Part shown: piece after piece, positions 56,939-64,000 of the stretch
How positions within the stretch are numbered: position 1 is the stretch's first letter
Layout of the letters: each line of letters begins with the position of its first letter
Assembly: GCA_947588705.1 (NCBI GenBank)
Contig: CANPYT010000001.1
Coordinates: 65,096-129,095 of the forward strand
DNA: 64,000 nt
Source of the DNA: an uncultured Acetatifactor sp.
Lineage (GTDB): Bacteria; Bacillota; Clostridia; Lachnospirales; Lachnospiraceae
Direction: 5' to 3'
Notes under the pieces: generated by a model
Database searches by the model: none
The model's input: the letters and a program-made list of their open reading frames with translations, nothing else
Told to the model about the DNA's origin: nothing
Program-made: the position numbers and the translations under genes

Positions 56939-57868
56939 ATGGGTCCTGTAATATTATTGCTTGTTTTAGTTGTGCTGGTCCTCTGGATCGCGGTATCCTG
57001 CCTGAAGATCGTGCCTCAGGCACAGGCGTATGTAATTGAGCGCCTCGGCGCTTATCAGGGTACCTGGTCGGTGGGGTTCCATCTGAGAATGCCCTTTATC
57101 GACAAGATCGCCAGAAAGGTGAACCTAAAGGAGCAGGTAGCGGATTTCCCGCCTCAGCCCGTGATCACCAAGGACAATGTCACCATGAGGATCGACACCG
57201 TAGTATTCTATCAGATCACGGATCCCAAGCTGTTTACTTACGGCGTGGAGAATCCTATGATGGCCATCGAAAACCTGACGGCCACCACGCTGAGGAATAT
57301 CATCGGCGACCTGGAGCTGGACCAGACGCTGACGTCCCGTGAGACGATCAATACAAAGATGCGGGCAAATCTGGACATCGCCACTGATCCCTGGGGCATC
57401 AAGGTGAACCGGGTGGAGCTGAAAAACATCATTCCTCCCGCGGAGATCCAGAATGCCATGGAGAAGCAGATGAAGGCGGAGCGCGAGAGGCGTGAGGCCG
57501 TGACCCGCGCGGAAGGTGAGAAAAAGGCAAAGATCCTGGAGGCGGAGGGCGCTAAGGAGTCAGCGATCCTCCGGGCGGAAGCGGACAAGGAATCTGCGAT
57601 CCTCCGGGCAGACGCAGAGAGGGAAAAGAGGATCCGTGAGGCTGACGGCGAAGCGCAGGCGATCCGGAAAGTGCAGCAGGCAAACGCCGACGGTATCAGG
57701 ATGCTGCGGGAAGCCGGCGCGGACGAGTCGGTGCTGAAGATCAAAAGCTTGGAGGCATTTGAAAAGGTGGCGGACGGTCAGGCTACTACCATCCTCCTGC
57801 CCGCAGAACTTGAAGGGATTGCAAGCCTTGGTGTCATGTTGAAGGAAGGAATGAAAGCGGCTCAGTAA
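56939..57868 (+). CDS. SPFH/Band-7 (stomatin-like) protein
   Basis: IVPQAQAYVIERLGAY, TKDNVTMRIDTVVFYQI and an E/A/R-rich coiled-coil tail. Confidence 0.88.
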   Translation: MGPVILLLVLVVLVLWIAVSCLKIVPQAQAYVIERLGAYQGTWSVGFHLRMPFIDKIARKVNLKEQVADFPPQPVITKDNVTMRIDTVVFYQITDPKLFTYGVENPMMAIENLTATTLRNIIGDLELDQTLTSRETINTKMRANLDIATDPWGIKVNRVELKNIIPPAEIQNAMEKQMKAERERREAVTRAEGEKKAKILEAEGAKESAILRAEADKESAILRADAEREKRIREADGEAQAIRKVQQANADGIRMLREAGADESVLKIKSLEAFEKVADGQATTILLPAELEGIASLGVMLKEGMKAAQ

Positions 57869-58075
57869 GCCCGCCAGTTCGGAAACGTGAGCATTTATAA
57901 ACGTGATATCAGTGTTTGACGCTGGTATCACGTTTGTTTATGGCGCTGAATACAGCGAAAAGCCGCGATGATACAGAAGGATCCTCTCAGAACAGGATCA
58001 GGTTGCCATAAGATCGCAAATGGGGTACAATAAATCGTGAAAGAAGCGGAAAGACAAAAGAGAGATACGGACAAA

Positions 58076-59554
58076 ATGCTGAAACATATCACAAAAAAGG
58101 CAGCGGCGGCCTTTGGCAGCCTGTTTTTGCTTATACTGGTTATTATGCTCTGGCATTTTGCGGTCAGGGACTGGATGCTGAAAGAACGCGATATACGCCG
58201 CTTTGCGGGAAAAGAGTATGAGGGGGCTTTTCTGGGAACATATGACCTGAGTGATTTTAAGGAGGAAGATTTTATCACATATCGCGGGATTCCCGTCTTT
58301 ATAGCGGATTATACGTTGAAGGACTGGAAAGATATTTCCGATTACCTGTCGCGGATCTTTTCTTCCGGGAGTGAGGTCACGCATATTTATCTGGGGATGG
58401 ATCCGGAGGTTTTATGGGTAGAGTCGGGAAGGGCGGAAGAAAGATGGACGGAAGACTTTGAAAAATATTTGATGCCGTACCTGAGAGACCGGCAGGATGT
58501 CGCATATGAATTTCTGCTTCCCGCGCCGTCCCTGCAATATTGGGTAGATATTGATCCTGTGGTGTTACAGGAAAACCTGGCGGCTTACAGTCGCTTTATT
58601 GCGGACGCGGACCCATATGCGAATGTGACCGTGTATTTCATGGGCGGTGCGCAGTGGCTGAATGCAAATCCGGGAAATTATCAGAACGTGTTTCTCCCTA
58701 CGCCGCTCATTTTAAAGAAAATGTTCCTCTATACCTTTTGCGATCGGGAATTTCAGATCGAAGAAAGTAATGCCGCGGAGATATTGAGCGGGCTCCAGAG
58801 GCAGATAGAGCAGGAGAAAACATCTCCGGTCATTTATCCCGATCTGTCCCAATGGTGTATGATCTTCATTGGGGACAGTGTGGTGGCGTATAATGTGGGG
58901 AGCTCTTCCTGGCCCGGTGTGGTAGAGGGGTTATCCGGCGCTCAGGTCTATAATTGCGGCCAGGGGGGCGTGGCGGCTTCACAGGCTTCAGGTGCACAGT
59001 GGTCTTTTGTCCAGATGGTGACCTGTTTTTTGGAGCAGGATGTCTCTGGATTGCCTGAGGATTGTAACTTTTCGAATGGGCTGGCAAAATATGTAAAAGA
59101 GGAGCATCGGGGAAAAAAATATTGTTTTGTTCTGAATTATGGTTTTAACGATTATATCAATGGATATATGCCGGATGACCCGGATGATCCTTATGACATC
59201 GAAACATATGCGGGAGCCCTTCGTACCGGGATCCGGATGCTGCAGGAACGTTTCCCGGATGCGGTGATCCTGGTGACGACGCCTACATATATGATGAGCT
59301 TTGAGAGTGAAATAGAGGAACAGGGAAAGAAAGCCAATATGTTGACGGATTATGTGGATGCGGCGGTCAGGGTATCGGAAGAGATGGGGGTATGTATCCT
59401 CAACAATTATGAGAAAAGCGGGATAACCGAAGAAAATTGGAATCAGTATCTGGCGGATGGCGTGCATCCGAACGAGTCGGGGGCATTTCTTCTGGCGGAG
59501 CGGATCATAGACAAAATGGAAGAAATTATTGCGGAGGGAAGCCCTGTGCAGTAA
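58076..59554 (+). CDS. Membrane-anchored SGNH/GDSL-like hydrolase
   Basis: N-terminal TM segment. FIGDSVV, GFNDY and DGVHPNESG blocks. The start is uncertain (GTG 58037 or ATG 58076). Confidence 0.65.
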   Translation: MLKHITKKAAAAFGSLFLLILVIMLWHFAVRDWMLKERDIRRFAGKEYEGAFLGTYDLSDFKEEDFITYRGIPVFIADYTLKDWKDISDYLSRIFSSGSEVTHIYLGMDPEVLWVESGRAEERWTEDFEKYLMPYLRDRQDVAYEFLLPAPSLQYWVDIDPVVLQENLAAYSRFIADADPYANVTVYFMGGAQWLNANPGNYQNVFLPTPLILKKMFLYTFCDREFQIEESNAAEILSGLQRQIEQEKTSPVIYPDLSQWCMIFIGDSVVAYNVGSSSWPGVVEGLSGAQVYNCGQGGVAASQASGAQWSFVQMVTCFLEQDVSGLPEDCNFSNGLAKYVKEEHRGKKYCFVLNYGFNDYINGYMPDDPDDPYDIETYAGALRTGIRMLQERFPDAVILVTTPTYMMSFESEIEEQGKKANMLTDYVDAAVRVSEEMGVCILNNYEKSGITEENWNQYLADGVHPNESGAFLLAERIIDKMEEIIAEGSPVQ

Positions 59555-59581
59555 ATTTAACTGGGAAACGGAGGGATTACA

Positions 59582-60565
59582 ATGAATTTAAAGGGAAGAG
59601 ATTTTTTAAAACTGTTGGATTTTACACAGGAAGAGATCCTTTATCTGATAGATCTGGCAGCTGAACTGAAAGAGAAGAAAAAGAAAGGGATCCCTGTGGA
59701 TACCTTTCGGGGAAAAAATGTCGCGCTGATATTTGAGAAGACCAGTACCCGCACCAGATGTGCGTTTGAGGTGGCTGCCCATGACCTGGGGCTTGGAACC
59801 ACTTACCTGGATCCTGCCGGATCCCAGATCGGGAAGAAGGAGAGTATCGCGGACACGGCACGAGTGCTGGCCGGCATGTTTGAGGGAATTGAATACAGGG
59901 GCTTTGAACAGGAGATCGTGGAGGAACTTGCAAAGTATTCCTCCGTTCCCGTCTGGAATGGCCTGACCAATGAATTTCATCCCACACAGATGCTGGCGGA
60001 TCTTCTGACTATCCGGGAGCAGTTTGGTTATCTGAAAGGGATAAAACTGACTTATATGGGGGATGCCCGCTACAATATGGGAAATTCCCTGATGGTGGCC
60101 TGCGCAAAGATGGGGATGCATTTTACGGCCTGTACAACGGCCGCATATTTCCCGGCGGAAGAGCTGGTGGCGCAGTGCCGGGAAATTGCGGCTGAAACAG
60201 GGGGAAGCGTGACGCTGACCGAGGATGTCATGGACGGGACCAGGGATGTGGACGTGATCTATACAGATGTATGGGTATCCATGGGAGAACCGGACCAGGT
60301 ATGGGAGAAGAGGATCCGGGAGCTGTCTCCCTATCAGGTGAATGCGGACGTTATGGAAAATGCGGGGGAAAAAGCGATCTTCATGCATTGTCTGCCTGCG
60401 TTTCACGATCTGAAGACCAAGATCGGCGCGGAGATGGGGGAGCGTTTCGGCATTCAGGAGATGGAGGTTACGGATCAGGTCTTTGAGTCGAAACAATCCA
60501 AAGTGTTTGAGGAGGCGGAAAACCGTATGCACACCATAAAGGCTGTGATGGCGGCAACATTATGA
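59582..60565 (+). CDS. argF: Ornithine carbamoyltransferase
   Basis: [17 protein letters not shown] and HCLPA motifs. Confidence 0.88.
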   Translation: MNLKGRDFLKLLDFTQEEILYLIDLAAELKEKKKKGIPVDTFRGKNVALIFEKTSTRTRCAFEVAAHDLGLGTTYLDPAGSQIGKKESIADTARVLAGMFEGIEYRGFEQEIVEELAKYSSVPVWNGLTNEFHPTQMLADLLTIREQFGYLKGIKLTYMGDARYNMGNSLMVACAKMGMHFTACTTAAYFPAEELVAQCREIAAETGGSVTLTEDVMDGTRDVDVIYTDVWVSMGEPDQVWEKRIRELSPYQVNADVMENAGEKAIFMHCLPAFHDLKTKIGAEMGERFGIQEMEVTDQVFESKQSKVFEEAENRMHTIKAVMAATL

Positions 60566-61542
60566 AATCAAAAATTCTGGCGCTCCTCCGGCAGAGGGGA
60601 GATTATGTGTCCGGACAGGAGCTTTGCAGGTATTTTGGCGTGTCCCGCACAGCCGTCTGGAAAGCCATAGGGCAGTTAAAAAAAGAAGGATACCGGATCG
60701 AGGCGGTGCAGAACCGCGGATACCTTCTGGTAGAGGAAAGGGAGCTGTTCGGGCAGCATGAGCTGGAGAGCCGCATAGCTACCAAGTGGGCCGGGCATCC
60801 TGTCACCTGGTATCAGGTCCTGGATTCTACAAATTTACAGGCTAAGCTGGACGCGGAGAAGGGCGCGGCCCAGGGGGCGCTGGTGGTGGCGGATATGCAG
60901 ACCGCGGGAAGAGGGCGCAGGGGAAGGGCATGGAATAGCCCGCCGGGAGCCAATATATATTTTTCCCTGATCCTGAAACCGGAATTTGCCCCGGACAAAG
61001 CGGCCATGATCACACCGGTGATGGGGCTTGCAGTAGCCGAGAGCATCCGGAGCACCTGCGGCCTGGACGCAGGCATCAAATGGCCAAACGATGTGGTGAT
61101 AGACGGAAAGAAGGTCTGCGGCATGTTGGCAGAGATGAGTGTGGAGCGGGATTTCATTCACTATGTGGTCATCGGAGTGGGGATCAACGTGGGTCAGCAG
61201 GACTTCCCGGGAGAAATCGCGGCAACGGCGGTCTCCATCCAGCAGGCCGGAGGCTGCCAGGTATCCAGGGCGGAGCTGGTGGCCGGCATAATGAATAAGT
61301 TTGAGGAATATTATGAGGAATTTTCCGCCAAAGGAGACCTTTCCGGCCTGACGGAGCGGTACGGAAGCCTGCTGGTCAACAAAGGCAGGGAAGTGCGGGT
61401 GCTGGATCCCAAAGGGGAATTTCAGGGAAGGGCCCTTGGGATAAATCCCAGGGGGGAACTTTTGGTGGAACGGGAGGACGGCTCGGTGACGGAGGTCTAT
61501 GCCGGCGAGGTGTCGGTGAGAGGGGTGTACGGATATGTCTGA
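60562..61542 (+). CDS. birA: Bifunctional biotin-protein ligase / biotin operon repressor
   Basis: N-terminal wHTH and GRGRRGRAW biotin-binding loop. ATGA overlap with argF. Confidence 0.9.
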   Translation: MKSKILALLRQRGDYVSGQELCRYFGVSRTAVWKAIGQLKKEGYRIEAVQNRGYLLVEERELFGQHELESRIATKWAGHPVTWYQVLDSTNLQAKLDAEKGAAQGALVVADMQTAGRGRRGRAWNSPPGANIYFSLILKPEFAPDKAAMITPVMGLAVAESIRSTCGLDAGIKWPNDVVIDGKKVCGMLAEMSVERDFIHYVVIGVGINVGQQDFPGEIAATAVSIQQAGGCQVSRAELVAGIMNKFEEYYEEFSAKGDLSGLTERYGSLLVNKGREVRVLDPKGEFQGRALGINPRGELLVEREDGSVTEVYAGEVSVRGVYGYV

Positions 61543-61894
61543 GACAAAGAACACGGTGCTCTGCGGGGCCAATGCCTATGAGATGAAGTATTATTTTAAC
61601 GAACAGTTCAGCGGCCTTCCGGAGTCGGTGAAAGACGAGCTGCACATACTCTGTGTGCTGTTTACGGAGGAAGTTGGCGGTGTGTTCACCGTGGCCTTCG
61701 AGGAGGACGGTACTGTGATCTTGGAGACAAACGCGGACGATGACGATATTTACTATGATGAGGTAAGCAGCGGCCTGATGGTTGCTGAGGTGCGGCGGAA
61801 AAGGCAGGAATTGTTTGAATCCCTGCGGCTGTATTATCGGGTGTTTGTGCGAAAAGAGAACATCGGGGAGATATTGGCGGAGGAGGAGAAATGA
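61535..61894 (+). CDS. Conserved hypothetical protein
   Basis: Overlaps the birA stop. Good coding bias. No motif recognised. Confidence 0.55.
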   Translation: MSETKNTVLCGANAYEMKYYFNEQFSGLPESVKDELHILCVLFTEEVGGVFTVAFEEDGTVILETNADDDDIYYDEVSSGLMVAEVRRKRQELFESLRLYYRVFVRKENIGEILAEEEK

Positions 61895-62277
61895 GCGGGA
61901 TCTTATATGATGCCAGGAAGGTCATGGCCTATGAGGGGCTGACACAACTGGGGGAGTATGCCGGAAAGAGCGGGGAGTTCGTGGAGGATCTTTGGAGGGA
62001 GCTGCTTCTGGATCCGGAACTGTTGAAGGAGTTTATGTACTATCTGGATCATCACACGCTGCTGGACCAGGCAAAATGCAGAGGTTATGCGTTGACGGAT
62101 CTCTATGTGTGGCAGATGGACCGCTATAACCTGATCCGGGAGATCGGGAAAAACACATCCTGCTGTAACAAAGAGGCCATGGTGCTGAACGCTTTTCGGA
62201 CGATGATAGATATGAAGAAGGATCCGGATACCTATGTGGAACGCCTGACCCGGGGAACGGGGATGGATGAGCTGTAG
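61891..62277 (+). CDS. Conserved hypothetical protein
   Basis: ATGA overlap with the preceding ORF. No motif recognised. Confidence 0.55.
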   Translation: MSGILYDARKVMAYEGLTQLGEYAGKSGEFVEDLWRELLLDPELLKEFMYYLDHHTLLDQAKCRGYALTDLYVWQMDRYNLIREIGKNTSCCNKEAMVLNAFRTMIDMKKDPDTYVERLTRGTGMDEL

Positions 62278-62359
62278 CAGGCGGTTGGACGGGAAGGCCA
62301 TGAGAGCGGAGGCGGGCCACCCAGGTCGGCGAAAGGGAGGCCGGAAGAAAAGAGGGCAT

Positions 62360-63139
62360 ATGATTTTAGTGACAGATGTAGGCAACACCAATATGACGCT
62401 GGGAGTGTATCAGGGAGAAGAGCTGAAAGCAACGTTCCGCCTGACGACAAAGACGCCCCGTACCTCAGACGAATATGGGATCATCCTCTCTCAGCTGCTG
62501 CACAATAATGGGATCGATCCCAAGGGGTTGGAGGGATCTATCGTAGCCAGTGTGGTGCCGGATGTGATGCATGCGCTTATCGGGGCGCTGGTGCGCTATA
62601 CCGGTACCAGACCCCTGAATGTGGGCCCCGGCATAAAGACCGGACTGCGGATCGTCACCGAGGATCCAAGGGCCATTGGCGCGGACCGGATCGTGGATGC
62701 GGTGGCGGCTTATGAAAAATATGGCGGCCCTGTGCTGGTGCTGGATTTTGGAACTGCCACTACCTATGACCTGATCAATGGCGCGGGAGAGTTCACCGCG
62801 GGGATCACTGCCCCCGGTATCCGTATCTGTTCGGAGGCGCTCTGGACACAGGCGGCAAAACTGCCCAATATTGAGATACGCAAGCCGAAGAGCATTTTGG
62901 CGCAGGAGACGATCTCCAGTATGCAGGCCGGCCTGGTATACGGCCAGATCGGCCAGACGGAATACATTATCCGAAAAGTGAAGGAAGAGAGTGGGCTGAA
63001 ACACTTGAAGGTGGTGGCGACAGGGGGCCTGGGGCGGCTCATAGCGGATGAAACGAAATCCATTGATGTCTATGACAGTTCCCTGACGCTGGATGGACTG
63101 CGGATCATTTATGATAAGAATGCGAGAAAAAACCGTTGA
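62360..63139 (+). CDS. coaX: Type III pantothenate kinase
   Basis: [18 protein letters not shown] and GGL motifs. Confidence 0.9.
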   Translation: MILVTDVGNTNMTLGVYQGEELKATFRLTTKTPRTSDEYGIILSQLLHNNGIDPKGLEGSIVASVVPDVMHALIGALVRYTGTRPLNVGPGIKTGLRIVTEDPRAIGADRIVDAVAAYEKYGGPVLVLDFGTATTYDLINGAGEFTAGITAPGIRICSEALWTQAAKLPNIEIRKPKSILAQETISSMQAGLVYGQIGQTEYIIRKVKEESGLKHLKVVATGGLGRLIADETKSIDVYDSSLTLDGLRIIYDKNARKNR

Positions 63140-63186
63140 TAGGGAAGCTGCTGGAAAAGAGAGCGCAACGGGCTGAGGCGGAGGAT

Positions 63187-64000
63187 ATGAAACTGACTAT
63201 CGGAAGTGTGACCCTGGACAATAATGTGATACTGGCGCCCATGGCAGGTGTGACCGACCTGCCATTTCGTTTGCTCTGCCGGGAGCAGGGAGCGGGCCTG
63301 GTGTGTATGGAGATGGTAAGCGCCAAGGCGATCTATTACAACAACCGAAATACGAGAGAGCTGTTGGAGATCCACCCGCAGGAGAAGCCGGCTTCCCTGC
63401 AGCTGTTCGGGTCGGATCCGCAGATCGTAGCGGAAATGGCAAAACGTGTGGAAGAGAGGCCCTTTTCCATACTGGATTTTAATATGGGATGTCCGGTGCC
63501 GAAAGTGGTAAACAATGGGGAAGGCTCCGCGCTGATGCGGGAGCCGAAACTTGTGGAGCGGCTTTTGGGGGAGCTTGTGAAGGCAGTGAATAAGCCGGTT
63601 ACGGTAAAGATCCGCAAGGGCTTTGACGAAGAACACTGTAATGCGGTGGAGATCGCCAAAATCGCGGAAGCATGCGGCGTGGCGGCAGTGGCGGTGCATG
63701 GGCGAACCAGGGCCCAGTATTATAGCGGGAAAGCGGATTGGGATTGTATTCGAAAGGTAAAAGAGGCGGTGAAGATCCCTGTGATCGGGAATGGGGATGT
63801 GGACAGCCCTCAGGCCGCCGCAGCGCTGCTGGAGCAAACCGGCTGTGACGGAGTGATGATCGGCAGGGCGGCACAGGGAAACCCGTGGATCTTTCGGGAG
63901 GCGGCCGCGTTTTTGGACGGCGGCACGATTCCGGAAAGACCCGGCGGGGAGGAAAAGAAAGCCCTGATCCTGCGCCATGCCAGGCTGCTGGAGCAGTGCA
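63187..64000 (+). CDS. dusB: tRNA-dihydrouridine synthase (partial, runs off the window)
   Basis: LAPMAGVTDLPFR, DFNMGCPVPKV and AVHGRT. There is no stop before the window end. Confidence 0.88.
   Translation, partial: MKLTIGSVTLDNNVILAPMAGVTDLPFRLLCREQGAGLVCMEMVSAKAIYYNNRNTRELLEIHPQEKPASLQLFGSDPQIVAEMAKRVEERPFSILDFNMGCPVPKVVNNGEGSALMREPKLVERLLGELVKAVNKPVTVKIRKGFDEEHCNAVEIAKIAEACGVAAVAVHGRTRAQYYSGKADWDCIRKVKEAVKIPVIGNGDVDSPQAAAALLEQTGCDGVMIGRAAQGNPWIFREAAAFLDGGTIPERPGGEEKKALILRHARLLEQC

Overview
This is a 64-kb chromosomal segment from a GC-rich, spore-forming Firmicute. Gene content suggests Clostridia, probably Lachnospiraceae-like, but the taxon is an inference. I saw no rRNA, tRNA, CRISPR array, integrase or transposase.

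Most of the window is housekeeping:
- a LacI/GH53/GH35 galactan module
- pyrC-pyrK-pyrD
- murI, ispE, asnS, murA
- a SAM-I riboswitch followed by metK
- dnaE, pfkA, proC
- an NfeD/SPFH pair
- argF-birA-coaX and dusB

Four things stand out:
1. An accessory block at about 22.96-29.50 kb lies between an EAL gene and spoIIID. It carries two toxin-antitoxin cassettes, an XRE regulator and a VTC-like/DUF4956/CotH operon. It is scarred by a 313-bp near-perfect direct repeat that leaves a truncated spoIIID copy.
2. A family of roughly 100-nt palindromic intergenic repeats occurs at six or more loci.
3. A MATE / VWA-metallopeptidase-like / MoxR-AAA / cytoplasmic-LRR gene string is tightly coupled.
4. 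galE is inactivated by an internal deletion.

The many long antisense ORFs in the six-frame track are GC-driven artefacts. All function calls rest on motif recognition by eye. No searches were run.
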